Shown: one piece after another, positions 37,508 to 51,900 of the stretch
Numbering within the stretch: the first letter of the stretch is position 1
How the letters are laid out: the number at the start of each line of letters is the position of its first letter
DNA from: Oikopleura dioica
Lineage: Eukaryota; Animalia; Chordata
DNA length: 64,000 nucleotides
Assembly (NCBI GenBank): GCA_907165135.1
Contig: OU015567.1
Coordinates: forward strand, 14,942,001-15,006,000
Reading direction: 5' to 3'
Notes under the pieces: model-generated
The model's database searches: none
What the model saw: only the letters and a program-made list of their open reading frames with translations
Told to the model about the DNA's origin: nothing
Program-made: the position numbers and the translations under genes

Positions 37508-39784
37508 TTATATTCTTGACAGTTGAAGAGTATATGCAGTAGCCATGAGATACCACGTGTTTAGCCTCATGTTTCTTGTAGTTTCATTCACCATCTTCAT
37601 TTTCACACCGTTTTCATTGTAAGCATGAGTTTGAGTTCGACTACAGTAATCATAATTGTGGATCTTCTCGGCGATTTCGAAGTACGGCTGCGTTTGTCTG
37701 ATACGAAGCACTGACTCCCATGACTGCTCGAACGCGGTGTTTTGAAGGACATATTCTCCATTTTCTATTCTGTCAATCGTCAACTGGTGGAAAACGACTT
37801 CACCGTCAGGCAACAAGCACACGCCAGTGGCAGTTACGGGCCGTTCGAAAACGAAATTTTCATTCAAATAAACTTCATTGAATTCACATATGGATTTGTC
37901 TGGCTTTGGTGCATCTTCGAAGCCGAGCATTCTGATAATTTCCCATCCAGACTCCATCAAATACGTTTTCTGGCAAACCCGTTTGAGTAACAATTCGATT
38001 TGGTTCTTTTGATTCTCATTTTCTTTCGCTCTTTTACATCATCGCTGGTCGGGTTAAGGCACAAGCCGACCATACTTCTTGGGTAAATAATCATAACCAA
38101 GACAGCCAGAATGTGCTCAACAGAGTGAGATCGATGCAGATCGACAAAACCAAGATCATTTTTCATCGCGTATCGTATCAAAACCGTCACTGATATCGGA
38201 ACACAGAGATTACTGTATTTCTGATCGAGGATATTTTGAGTGAGATTTTCCATGTCGATATTCACACATTTTGTCATGCTTTGTTTAATATCAGCCAGTT
38301 GACAAGACTTTGTGAGGGCTGAATCATCTAAGCAAAAATCAGAGCTTGCATCATCAAGACTTATGATGTCTGTGAGCTTTCCAATGCACTTGTAGAAATA
38401 ATTAGCTAAATCTTCAGTATCGTGATTAACAACAGTTTCCTCTAAGATGCTTGCTCCGAAGTCCTTCGAAAAGAGTTATTTCGATTTGAATTTGAGGAAA
38501 ATCAGGAATACCTTCATGATTTCATTGATTCGATCCCGTTCATCCTCATTTATTGGTTTATAAAGCAGTGTCCATGCGGTTTTCCATTCACAGACGAAAA
38601 AATATGCAACAGCTTGGACAAATTTCCCTGCATCTCCCCCTGGCGTAAGCTGCCATTGTACTGCAAATCCTGGTGATCCAGCCGCTATAAACTAATATGT
38701 AAAAATCTTACACTAAGCCTTACCTAGAGCAACGTTGTGCCTAAATTTTGATCCCTTTCGTGTATATGATATATATACAGTATATCCCATTTGTCGGTAA
38801 CCGATCCGACCGGTTGTTTCGGTAACTAATCCAAAATCACAAATCCGTGGCTCATCACCAAGAAGTAAAAAGTTCTCGAGCTTTTTGTCATAATGGGCGA
38901 TACCAATGGAAAACAAGTAGTGAAACCCCTTGACGACTCCTTCAGCGATCCTCATTCGTTCTGATAGAATGAGCCAATTTTCTTTTAACAGAGGTCGGAT
39001 ATCTTGATCACATTTTTCCATGATTGTAAGCCACCCTATGCAATCTTTCTGTTCTCGATCGCAATAATGATAGAGCTCGATGTTTGCAAAGTTGCGAACA
39101 ACATTGTCGTGAAAGGGGATTTGGTAGTCATTCGCATTCTCTCGATCGATTACTTTTTCGTATTCTAAACCAAGATTTAACAAAATTTATTATTGACAAT
39201 GTCATTGACCTACCGTTTGACAAATGAATTTTCGAGGTAAACAAATTCTTGCTGAATCTGTTGGTGAATAAAAATGGGTCAAAAACCTGAACCCTAATTG
39301 CGTACTCAGTTTCGCCAAACTTTTGCGAAACAATCAATGCTTCTCCGCCTTGAGAGATCTTTCTTCGTTTCAATTTTTCATCAAGAATCCATTTTCCAGT
39401 TTCTTCCAACAACTCTGATCTGCCCAAGTAGACATTTTTCAGTGAAGGTTCGGACCTGATAATTTGCCTTTGAAATGCAGTCATGGCAAACTGACCAAGT
39501 TCTCTGTCCGCGTAATCATACAGCTTCACCAGATCTCCATCAAATTTACAGTATTGCCAGTGATACGCCCATTCATGATGCTCAAACTCCTGCCTATCAA
39601 TCGATGCGATCAACCGACATTTCTGACTTCTACTCGTCGTTCTCTCTAGCTTCGAGATAAATCCCGGTAGCCAATCCTCTATTTGCTCTCTTTCCAGCTC
39701 AGTCGGTTGTTCGATTTCTGAAGTGTCCGAGTTTCTGGAGTTCTCAGAACTTGAAGAATGGTAGCGCTTATATTTGGAAGTCAT
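37508..39784 (-). CDS. Atypical protein kinase (probable pseudokinase) fused to a C-terminal papain-like domain
   Basis: Kinase motifs ISQGGEALI, YAIRV, HYDKKLEN, ICDFG, AAGSPGFA; in-frame continuation into ILDQKYSNLCVPIS ... RPVTAT ... HQLTIDRIENGEYVLQNT; one frame break at ~38008-38040 (short intron or 1-nt indel). Confidence 0.8.
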
Positions 39785-40514
39785 CGCTATAGAAAAAAAA
39801 CTCTTGATTTTTCCCTGAGCGGTTGTTGCGACAGCCGTAATTTTTATGACTCTGATCTATACATTGTGTTCTTGTTGTAGGCAATCAGTGATTGCCGATG
39901 ACTCTCTACGAGGCCTCCAACCTATTACTCTATCCTTTTTTTTCCTAAAACCGTTTTATCATTCGACACAAAATCAACGCAACAACTTCAGATTGGTCTT
40001 CCTTGATTTCTCGGATTCAAAGCAGATCGAATCAACAGATTTTCTTCTGATAATTGACTCAAGAAAACACGAATCGACTCATGATTTTATTCCCAAATTT
40101 CAATTATCACAATCAGGCACATCCACTTGATGACCACTCAGATTTACGAAGATCTTTTTTATCTTGCACGAATGTCTCGTTTCTTGCTGCTATTTTGACG
40201 ATAAACAGGAGCTCTAACGAAAGCAGTACGAAATAAAAACTGCTGGCTCAATGCGCACTTGCAACGTTTTGATAATAAGCACAGGGCGAGGAAGAAAGTA
40301 GCGCACTCGACTTGTCGCAGGTAGAGTTTTAGAATGAGACGGCGAACATTTAGCCTCCGGGCTTACTAATCTCACTAGCTTGCTTTCTCGTTTCTTCGTT
40401 TGTACTTTATTGGATTACGGTATTCTGATGGATCTACGGTACAATAGCAGAAGATACACTGACAGGCGAATACAGCAACGTACTAAGTACAAGAAGCTAG
40501 ATGAAGTAAAATCA

Positions 40515-41074
40515 CATTCTCGGGGCAAAATCCTAACCCCCAGGTTTCTCATGCTTATTAGAAAGCTCGTGATCTGAGGAGTCGAATGGTTTGTTTTTTG
40601 GGGTCTGAGTCATCGAAAATGACGTCATTCTGGGTGACTGAAGAGGCATATGGGGTAAACCGACCGGGACCTGGAACTTTTAAGTGTGTACACAAAAGTA
40701 TACTGATTTTGGGCTTATTAAAAAGAGCATCTCGAGATCTATTTGCGGATCTATAAATCTCGGCAAACCAACCGGTTTTCATTTTTTCACCACGTGGTTA
40801 GGTGGCTCTAGAATTTTTTTCCCTGGGAATTTTCCAACCCGCAAGTGCTCCGCAAATAGATCTCGAGCTGCTCTTTTAAATGAGCCTAAAATCAGTATAC
40901 TTTTATTTACAAAATTTAAAGTTACAGGTCCCGGTCGGTTTCAACCAATAACAGGGAACCTATGACGTCATTTGTGATGACTAAGACCCCTTACTTATAC
41001 CATTCGACTCGCCAGATCACCGGCTTTCAGAAAAGCATAAGAAACATAGGGGTCAGGATTTTGTCCCGAGAATG
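40515..41074. mobile_element. Long foldback element, ~235-bp arms, TCA flanks
   Basis: CATTCTCGGGGCAAAATCC ... GGATTTTGTCCCGAGAATG; internal mirror motifs (ACCGGGACCTG, AGTATACTGATTTT, CTCGAGATCTATTTGCGGA); TCA at 40512-40514 and 41075-41077. Confidence 0.85.
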
Positions 41075-42299
41075 TCATTTTCATTCATCGCTACTCGTGT
41101 AGAAAACACGACCTTCCTTTTATCTTACTTAGAAACAAAACACTCTCCGTCGCCAACGAAAATTAACTGTCAATTAGTAGATCTTCCATTTTGTCGCGAC
41201 TGTTCTCCAGAAAATGCCAGAGCCAAAAGTGCCTCAATTTCTATTCAAATTATTTCAATTAGAACAAAACACGGGTCTAAATATTTGAATGGGCGTCTTA
41301 TTCATTCTGTCTCCGGGGCTCTTCCTTTCAAAAAATTCTGAAAATTGGCAAAGAAAACGAAAAGACAAAGGAATGAACTTCGACGGAAGACTATGGCGCG
41401 TTTCGTGTGACCCCTATTCACGCTTATTATCCTCCAGGAACAGATGAGCGCAGGCTGTTGCACAAAAGCTTACTGTAATCCGCTGAAGGGCGCCTTTCTT
41501 TCCTTCGCTTTTCAGTTTAATCAGATTTCAGATGTACCTCTGGTCTTTTGTAGATTACCTAGTAATAATCTTAATTCGCCGGGCTGGCTTTTTAGACAGT
41601 TTAATCAAAAAAATGTTCCTCCCAAGAAAAAAGCCTAGTTGTTTCTGTATTATCTTCGTTAAAGCTTGTCTGGAGCAGGCGTCGTAGAAATCGAATGATG
41701 GGAGATAAGACTCCAGTCAAGTAAAATAATTGGTAGGAGTTCTTGATACTCGATCCGGGAGCTAGCGTATCGCTGGCGTACAAGGAACGGGTCGAAAGTG
41801 TGGTGGTTTACTTGAATATTGAGCCGGGCTTGGTGTCTCCTCCGCAGGCCTTTCACCAATTCTCGCAAAGTAAGTTGATGACGACGCAGCAGGCGGCGAA
41901 TGAGGTTCTCCGACGCCCTGCGCCAACTACCGCAGCCACTCGAAGGGATGAAAAATCACGCTTTCACGCGCCGCAGCGCAATTTTCTCGACGGGGTGAAC
42001 TCTTCCAGGAAGCGAGAGCAATAAACTTTTGTTCGCGACGTTGAAAAATTCATCAAGCGGCGCTCATAAAAACGACTTGGGCGATTCAACCGGACTTGAT
42101 TACTCTAGAATAGAGGCTGTATTCCTACTGTAGGAATGTTCTAATTTGACTGCTCTGATTTTCTTGTGAACGACCATTTTTGAACGATAGCCTGCTTCCT
42201 CCTCCTGATAGTCTGTCCTATATTGCTGACTATCTTTTCTCTGGTGGATCTCACGGTTCTCAAGTTCAATTACAAGCATGAAGGTCTAATAGCAAACCT

Positions 42300-43330
42300 T
42301 CTCATACACCCTCGTTGAATTTAAAATATCACGTGATATCACAACCTTCCAAGAAGTCGGGAGATTCTTCGAGGTAGAAAATGACAACCGAATCGTTCTC
42401 CGCGAACTCATAGAAGATGAACTAAGCAAATGAAGAATATGGACCATTATATGATGCTTTGAACTCTACTATTTACCCAATCTTTTACAAACTTCCACGC
42501 GAAAGAAACGAAATGAAGCGAACGTATTTGCCAAGAAATGAGACCATACAGAGAATTTTTCGTTGCCAATAGCGTTCGTCTGCCGCAAACAGAAACTGGC
42601 TCAAATATTGACATGCGAATTTCTTGATGCCGTAGATATTCTCGGTCGCCGTCGACATTTTCGTCTAACAACGTCAATCGGCAATGAATAAAGATTTAAT
42701 GCTATTAGCATTTGTCGACCCATTAGAATTAAAAAGTCTGTTTTTTGAAAAACATGTGTCTATTTTCTTTCGATAACTAAGAGGGCCATTTGAAATAAAA
42801 TTAACTCCTCGATCTCGAAACACTAGTAGTTCCAGATCCTGCCCTGTACGACGAGAGCAATCAATCATTCAGATGAAAAATGGGGCTCAAGCCTTTCCCT
42901 TGGGAGAAAATTCCGAGTACGTAGGAGTCTCCCTGAGGAGAGTCTGAATTTGCCAGCGGCAATGTCAACTTCGGCCAGGCGGCAGCCAGGGCCACGTCAT
43001 CTTTCGAAGGCCAAATCTTTCCATTCAACGACTGTAGGAGTCTTTCTATTTGATTTGCATACACTGTAAGACAACTTGGCCTCGGCAAAAAGGGCAACAG
43101 ACTTTCTTTCTTTGCACAGCGAAATAACTTGAATCGGAGTTGGAAACTTGGAATAAAAGATGTTTCCGACCCCGAGAGTGTTTAGTGTTTATTTAAAGTT
43201 TTCAAACCAACTCGCAAACAATACGTGGTTGTCTTGTAAACAGTTGAGGATGGTCGTCTGCGCGCTGGGAGGGAGGCATCGTTGCTCAACGCTTCAAATT
43301 TTGGTGAAAGAATAGTCCCTGCTTCAACTA
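42300..43330 (-). CDS. Possible multi-exon hypothetical protein
   Basis: Chain of stop-free segments (ORFs 42447-42677, 42674-42868, 42861-43097); no homology recognised. Confidence 0.25.
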
Positions 43331-44001
43331 GTGAGGACTAAAGTAAGAGGCTTGGTATAGGTTAGGACTAGCTTTATAAAAATAGTAGAGACAGATGATT
43401 TGTTTTTGACGTAACCTTGGTACAAGTTGTTCTTTCTTTAGAAAAAGTTCTAAAATTATAGATTATGTATGAGGACAATTTTAAATTATTGTATGATTAT
43501 TTGATGAGTTCTTTGTCCTAGGACGAAGTGGAGCAGAAACAAGTGTGGCCTTTTTATTGTATAAAATATTTATATTCTACTATATACTTTGTAGTCTTGA
43601 GAAGCGAAAATAGCAGCTAGGTACGTAGGTATGTATAAATAGACGATCTTCTTTTTTGTTTTATCGATAATAAATTTCAAATTTCAAAATAATCGAAAAA
43701 ATTCTCGTTTGCTGAAATAAAGGAAGATCTGCTTCATCTGTCGATTTCCCATATTTCTTGCAAAATGCACCTGTTCTCATCCCACAAGGGAAATTTCACC
43801 AAAGTTTTTCTCCAGAACATTAACGAATAAGATGGAAAGTAAAAATGAAAATTCTAGATGCGAGGAAGTTAAAGTAGGGCAACAAACCGTTCTTCTCGAG
43901 GGAAGAAGAGTCGCGAAAAAGGGAGAAGCAAAACGGAAATTGATGAACTACCAAAATCTACAAATGAATTTTCTTCACTCAAGGTAATCCAGTTTTTCCG
44001 T

Positions 44002-44186
44002 CTTGGTTTGGCAACCTGTGTGAGAAACCTGGGTCAGAGTCCGTAAAAAGCTGTAATAAAGTGCCTGTTTTGAAACTAGGCCAAGCTGCTTTGCGGCTTC
44101 ATTTTCAAAAAAGCCGCTAAGCGGCTTTTCATTTTAGCTTTTTCAAGACCCTGACTCAGGTTTTCCATACAGGTTGAAGACCACAG
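44002..44186. mobile_element. MITE family A copy
   Basis: TTTGGCAACCTGTGTGAGAAACCTGGGTCAG ... CCCTGACTCAGGTTTTCCATACAGGTTG. Confidence 0.85.
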
Positions 44187-44589
44187 CATCGGCTTGTAAA
44201 ATTGCTCTTATCAATGATAATTCAAAATCATCATTATTAATAGACATCAGTCTATTCTTTCGAGACGATGTCTTTTTGTTCAATTTTGAAGATTCAGAGA
44301 AAAATAAAATTCATAACCAAAGAGGCGAGAATAATTTTATACAATGATCTTTAAACTGATCAGAATTGACAGGGCTGGCGTCTTCGGCGAAAACCTCGCG
44401 TAAGCAAATCGCACCAATTTGTCGCGGCTACCGAGTTTGTTTCCAAATTCCCACTTACAAGATTTTCTTATTTCGTAAATACGCTCACGCTGTTTGGGCC
44501 AAAAGCAAGGTACACCAGCAGCGAGTAACTCTATTTTCGCCTGAGCTCCTCTAATAGGGATCAAAAGATGGGCTCAGAAGACATGATAA

Positions 44590-44787
44590 AGTTCTAAAAG
44601 AGTTTGAATGAAAAGCCGCATAGCGGCTTTTTCGAAAACAAAGCCGCAAAGCGGCTTCGCCAAAATTATTATATCAATTTATTTTATATTCTGGCGAATC
44701 CAATTTGCGGCTTCGTTTTCAAAAAAGCCGCTACGCGGCTTTTCATTCAAGCTGACTCAGGTATTCTACATAGGTTGCCAAGTCCTG
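44590..44787. mobile_element. MITE family A copy (left end lost)
   Basis: Four hairpins then CTGACTCAGGTATTCTACATAGGTTGCC. Confidence 0.8.
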
Positions 44788-45339
44788 ATCAGGAGCAGCG
44801 AAAAACGGCTGCTCCCCGCTATTTTGCTTCTGCTTTTTTGACCTGGGTTGATTTTTCGCACAAAAGAGCAGCAAAAGCGTGGCAAATTTGATCGAAACGA
44901 ACTGACCTCCTGCCAAATTTTGAAATCGGGAAAACTTTTTCCTGGCAATCTGGCCATCTTTCCAATAAAATCTCGCATCTGCCAGTGCCGAATTCGAAGT
45001 TTCCAAGCACTAAGTTTTTCAGTTTAAAATTTCAAGCAGAGAACAGGTTCGTTTAGGATTTTCTTCATTTTTCTTGATGAAAAAAAACTAAAAAAGGTCG
45101 AATTTTGAGTGAACAAAAAGCGTGAATAATTCGCTCTGAAACGAGGCTTCCTGAACATCCTCATTTTCGACGAAAAACCGTGTTATCATGGACCTCAATT
45201 TTGTCGCCGCGGGCCCTAGCGCGGTCAACCCTCTCTTCCAGCCAGACACTTTATCTTTTACCGTGCGGTTCTTTTCTACAGCCACTTATTCATTTCCTAA
45301 AATCCAAAAAGGTAAAGAAAAGATGAGGCTTTATCAAAT

Positions 45340-45437
45340 TGAGAAGCCGCTTGCGGCTTCGAGAGACTAATTGTAAAGCCGCGCTTTGCGCGGCTTCTTT
45401 CTTTTTTAGGCTCGAAGCCGCAAGCGGCTTCTCGATT
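45340..45437. mobile_element. MITE family B core
   Basis: GAGAAGCCGCTTGCGGCTTCGAG ... CTCGAAGCCGCAAGCGGCTTCTC. Confidence 0.75.
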
Positions 45438-45997
45438 TGATTTAACATCATCTTTTCGAAACCTTTTTGGATTGAGCAGAATGCCGGCGCCTTTGATTGA
45501 AAAGGTCATCTTCTAAAATGACCTCTTCGACTCAGGGTCACGGCTGATAGTGGTCGCCGTGGGACAGGGCGACGAAATTTTTTGGCGACCCGTTCTCGTG
45601 TTAAAATCGCTCTCTGGCGCCACCGCGTGTCCCTCTGCTTGAGTCTTGTTCGGCTTCGTGTGTTTGTGTTGTGTGTTGGAGGTCGCTACTCTCCTTCTAT
45701 TCAATCTGCGTGGGTGGTCGGCCGACCTCACTCGCTCGCCGCGCTTTTTTTTTCTTTTTTTTTTGCGCCGCGCGGAGCTCTCTCACTAGAGCTACCTCTT
45801 TCTCATTTTCGCCAGGCAGCCTGGCCCTGAAACGAACCCTAGAAACTCGAAAGAACACGCCATTTTTTCAAAGATACAGAGAAACAGAAGCGACAGTTGT
45901 TCATTTTAGCGCAGTGCGAGATCAGCTGGAACTTAACAGTCTTACAAATTCAAACAGTAACGAAAGACGAAAGAGATCAATTCCGAATCAGAAGAGA

Positions 45998-48900
45998 ATG
46001 GACCAACGAGGGGCCATGTCCGTCCCAGGCCAGCCCGCACCGAATATAAAGAGGTATGAAGGAGGAAAGGCTATTTATTCAGCTACTGTCTACTTTTTGT
46101 TTGGGGCATTTACGGAGAATTTTGTTGTTTTTCCGAGTTTTTTAAATTGTCTATATTTTCTGGTCTAAAACGCGTTTTGGGTTAATAATAAATTTATTGG
46201 GAAGCGGAAATGCAATTTTTGGAAGTCTAAAATTAATTAATTAGGGGCAGGGGTCAAATTTCACGTCGAAAACAGCCATGAAATTTGCATGAATGTAGAA
46301 TTGCTCCACCTTGGGCTTGGGTGCCTGCGGTCACGTGGTCACTCGAGTCGCGGGTGGTGCTTTAAGTGGCCCGGGTCAAGTAAGATCTGCAAAGTTAGAG
46401 GGAAGTGTAACTGATCTGCGGATGAGCGGGCTGGTAGGCCACTTTCATTTCATTACTGCGGATTGATCTGTATATAATGTACAGTTTATTCACAGAAGCA
46501 GATGATGCTATCATTTGTTACGTGACAAAATACGTTTATATATGGTTTTTATTTCAAAATCAATATGGCTCAGTGCGCGCTTTTAAGGGAGTCAGCTCTA
46601 TATATTGCCCCATTTATGCTATTTATATACGAATTGGAAAAGATTCAACACTAAAAATAGGTCTTACAGATTTTCCATGCCCAGGCGAGACAGATAAGAG
46701 TGTTCTACAAGAGATGTAGAACACACACGCCTCGGGCGAGGACAATTTTTAACCCGATCGGGAGTTATATTCTTCGCTCTTAATTCTTTCCTCACTTCCG
46801 CATAAGTAAATTAACTCGCCTACGCGTTTAACCTGGCACTCGCCCCGGGGCAGGTTAATTATTCCCAGAAGAACGCAGAACGCTCGCGCCTGTTTTCGAA
46901 GTGCGTGCCTGAGTGCACCAGACTGAACTCATGTGAATAAATATTTGAATAACCTTTCGGCGCCTTTGAGACCCTTATTCACGGGGCACTCCAATTCCAA
47001 GGTAATTTGGAAAAGGGAGATGAGCGTCTATTCTTTCGGAGAATGACCTTGCCTCGCCAATGATTAATTGCCAACTCAAATCGAGTTGGCCTATTTGAAC
47101 CGTTCAAAACTCGAAAACAACGACAGATGGAACGTTGCCAATTACGTAATTATTATCTTCGTTATGGAACGCTTCCCACAAGGCGTTTCTATTCATGTAA
47201 ACGTAACTTCCTCTCCCTCTCGTTTTTAGAACCAATTTAAGAACCTATGAAGCTCAACAGCGGCAATATTACCTTCGCAAATCGTAAGATCAGGAATTAT
47301 TAACAAGAAAAAGACTCCCTAACTAAATCGTTCCCTACGCTCGGTGACCTGTGTAGAAACCTGAGTCAGGCTCCTGACTATGCTCTTATGAAAAGCCGCA
47401 GAGCCGATTCATTTTGAATAGCCGCTACGCGGCTTTTCATAAGAGTATAATGAGGACCCTGACTCAGGTTTCTACACAGGTTGCTCCACACTGTCCCTGA
47501 CTGTTTGAACGGTAAATTGGCGTTTTTGATAAATTGGCGCGAAATAGATTATGCAATTCTTTCCTCGGATAAACTCTTGGAGGGAGAAGATAGGGGCTTC
47601 TTAGCTAAGATGGTAGGGGTTGCTAGGAGCAAGGACCGTTAATCCGCGAGGGTGCGAGTTAATACTCGGGGCTAGACGTGAACAGTGCAAGAAGCGCTAA
47701 GCCGAGATGGCGAATCTGACAATGATCGAAACAGAAAGTGCATTACAGAATATAACGCGACGCCGCGCTAATCCGAGTTAATTTAGGGTGACATGCTACC
47801 TCTGTGAGACGCAGAAGCTACCTTGGGCTGTTATTGACACCATCCCCGGCTTACCTGATGGAAACCACGTCTGCAGAAGCTGTGTTAACTTTGAAGGCAT
47901 CGACAGGTAAAATAAATATTTTAAAAATAATCATGAAATCTTGGAAGACTCTTTTTGATTGAGTAAAACTAGCGATAACAACTTTAACGAGACAAACAGA
48001 AAGATAAGGCAGATTAATAAAATGGTACGATAAATCAACCGTGAATCTGGGCTCAGGAACCTTTCTCCAAAGCCTGAGTCAGGGCCTAAAAGAGCTTGAA
48101 TGAAAATAGCTCTAGCGAAGCCGCATAGCATTGGTTCAAGCTCTTTCAAGTCCTGACTCAGGCTTTGGACACTGGTTTCCAAGCCCGATTATGAATCGAT
48201 TATCGTGAAGCTGGCTTTTGATTTTTCCATGAAGAACCAAGAAATGGCATTTAAGTCGTTGCTGAATCTTTAAACGACGGCTCCAATTGATTACGTAACG
48301 CATTTTTACGAGCGGATATTGATAATAAACGCAACGGTGCAAATAGCCTCTTCCTGGAGGTCATAAGTTATTAAGGCCATAGAAACGGGGGCTTGCCAAG
48401 TAAGGTGATAACAGGCCGCTGCTGGTGAAAGTTATAGTGCCAAGGGTCGCCTTTGTTCGCGGAAATTTCCACTTTAGACCTGGTGAACTCTTTGTCTCCT
48501 GGGAAATCAAATTTGCCTTCGCGGGCAATTATTAACCTTTGCATTGGCGTCACCAATTAATGCGAGGCAAATAGCGCATTTCCTGAATTTTGTTCCTATT
48601 TGTTTTGAATGGTCGTTTCTAGTAACTTGTAAAGGGTGTTTTGGGTTATTCAGTTGTCACTGGAAACAGGTTCTTGGTTTGTAAACGCTCCCTTTGTTTT
48701 TTTGTAAACGGTTTTCAGGCTTTAAAAATATGGTTTTCGGAAAACTCTTTTGAAAACGAAACATAGTTTCTTGAGCTGGCCTACTTCGGGTGCACCGTGC
48801 ACCCTTGGGCGACCCTTTGTACCCGGTAGTCTGCCATCGTTAAATTTCCCCGCTCGTAAAGATGTCTTTCTTATGAGTTCTGCGATTTTGAGCCAGGTCA

Positions 48901-51900
48901 AATTTAACACTCCTAAGCGGTGGGCCCATAAAATTCACGGATAAACTCAAAATCGTAAAAGTTGTTTTCGTGAAATCAGCAAAGACCGCCAGGCATTTTT
49001 GAAAAGCTTCTTTTACGAGCGACCATTCTCAGTTGCACTTGTCTATTTTTCGATTTTAATTGAAAGCAATCAAAAGGCTTTAGCGCTTGACCTGGTTTCT
49101 ATAGACGATAAATTGATATAGAAACAGACGGTTTAATTTGGGAACAGACAGAATTGACATTGATTCATTTGCAGGTCTTTGAGTCAGAAGACGTCTTCTT
49201 TGTTAGTTTCAAAAGCTAAGTCTGACGTGCCTTTTTTCTATTTAGCAAATGACCTAAAGCGCGTGTCGTTTAATTATGCATACGCCGGATAATTGGAAGT
49301 GTAGTTCATCGAACTCGTCTTTGACGAATGTTGCACATGCTTTTTTGCCGAGAAGCCGCGTCCCAGGAGACCTTGGAGCGGGCTCATCCTGTTTGCAATA
49401 GCACTTGGACGGGTAGCCTCGGGGGAGCGGCTGATTGCAAGATTATCCCATCGGGCGAGTTACCTTAGAAGCAAAATGCAATAGTCTGATGCCATTTATT
49501 ATTCAGCGCGGATCAATATTTGACGCGATCTTTTTAAAAATAAATGAGAGTTACTCGCTTCTTCGGCCTTTTTCTTTTCTATTATTCTACTCTATTATCT
49601 ACTCTATCGATTCTGAACATGCCACGCGTCTCGGCTCTTCGTCGCACTTGCCATGTTATAAAACATATTTTCTATACATTTGATACCCTACCTGTATTCA
49701 ATAGTCAATAATAAAAAGCCGATAGTAGATATCAGATCGGCAATATTGAATAGTAAATGATATCTACTGGTACTTCTGACGATAGTCTTTCTTGATCTGT
49801 TGAACTGAGATGACTAGATTTCAATCAATCGGTTACACAACGATATCTGTAATCAGGAAGATTTTATATTGATAAAATTGTCCATCCGTGAAATTATATG
49901 ATGCACCTGAAGTGCAATAAACTAGCAAGGATACGATCCTCTTCTTTCATGTCCTATTTAAATATCACTTCGATAGATATATCTATATAGCATGTATATT
50001 GACGCGTTAATTGTAGGATCGCGGATGTTATCGCCGAAACAGTGCGCCAAAAGGCCGAATATGCAAGGAGCCAGCTCCCAAATGGAAGCCGTGACCTTTA
50101 TGGAGCACCGCCCAAGACTGGGGCCTTATCCGGCCGTGATCTTTTGATGAAACAGGTAACTTTCTAACCTTTACATAATAGTCGCTTGAACAGCTCGCTT
50201 TCACGTCGTTCTCGTTTCGTGTTCCATGATTCTATAATGTATGCATCTTTAATTTTAGAACTTGGAAGCTCTAGGCTACTCTAGGCTTTTGGTAAGCTCT
50301 TTACTTTCTCACATGCTCTTCTTTACAAAAAAACTATTACCAGAATCCATTTAAAACAGAATCTAACTGCGGCTCATTTCCTCAATCGAACAAATTAACC
50401 AACACGGGGCTCATTCGTTCTTTTTTCAAATTCCGAAACTCCCAAATTCTATTTCTTATTTGGTGGATTTGGTGGAACCTCTGTAGAAACACTGAGTCCG
50501 GTTGCGCCCTGACTCAGGATTCTCCACAGGTTGCGGAACCAAAAAATAGTGGTCGATAGTCGTAATGAGCCAAAGTCACTTTATGAAACACAAGAACAGT
50601 CGACTTATTCAAAGTTAAGATGAACGAGAGCCGGAACATCGATCCAAATCGGGTGCGGGAAGTGCCACGACACGCGCGACCCGAACCACCTCGACCGCTA
50701 GTCCGACCTCCAGGAACACAGAGCGTGGTCGCGCCCTTCACCAACAATGGAAGCAGGTAAACTCTCATCCCTTCTGATTCCTTATTGGCAGCCGTAGTCT
50801 GCTGGTGAACTCACTCTTAACCACTAAAGTAAGCAGATAGAGCTGTTGAAAAATATGCGCTCTACGAGGATTAGTCTGATAAAAATATATGCGCAGCTTA
50901 TCTCGAGGGCTTGCACTTTTCGGGTATTGAGATTAAATCTTAAATATGCTCATGATATTTTTCTTCTTAGTTAAGGTCTTTTAGTGGACATACAGACTAC
51001 CAAACACGATACGTACGCATTTTATAGACTAGACTCGGCAACCTGTTTTCAAACCTGAGTTAGGGTCCTGAACTCAGGTTTCTTCTCAGGTTGCCTAGCA
51101 TAGACATACCTGCAGAATCAATGTCTTGAGAATGTGGTCATTTTTGATCATAAATTCTTTAAAAAGTGGATTTCCAGCATTTTAATTCTCTCTTTTAGGT
51201 TCATCCCAAAGCTCCCCACGCACAGCATGACTGCCCTTCCACCGCAGCTGAACCCTGGCGCAGCCGCACATGCGATGATGCCATCAGAATTCACCCGTAG
51301 AAATCCAGGCGGAACCATCCGAACATCTACCGGAAACTTTCTCCCAACGATGAACCCATCTCCTGTGACACCGGTAATTGAACAATAAATTCTTCAAAAA
51401 ATAATCAAAATCGTTATTACAAATTTTCGATTCTGGAAAATTTGTAATTCTTATTGGATTCTAATTCTGAGTCTAGTATGGTCATGAGGTGCCCAAGTCG
51501 ATTTCGCAGCATCCCCACAGCCAAGCAATCACACAGCCTATTAATTCCGCAGCAGGAGGAATCCCAAGGCCAATCGCCAAGACTATTGAGGGACAGATTG
51601 CATCAATCCAGCACCAGTCGCCTTCGCCGCTTTCCGCCCAGACTTTAGTCAAGGAGTTAAACATTGCATCGTGTCTATAACCAATAGAAAAAGGGACGGT
51701 AACCTGTGAGCAAACCTGTGCCAGAGCTCTGAATTTCAGAGAGCCTAACTCAGGTTTCTACACAGGCTTCCGAGCCCAGAAGCAAGGAATTTCATGTAGA
51801 ATTTCGTTCCCATTTCCGTTCACGAATTGAAGTAAACTCCTCGAAAGATCTTCTGAACAAATGCGTTCCCTTCCGCGTTCGCTTCCGAAAAGACTCCACC

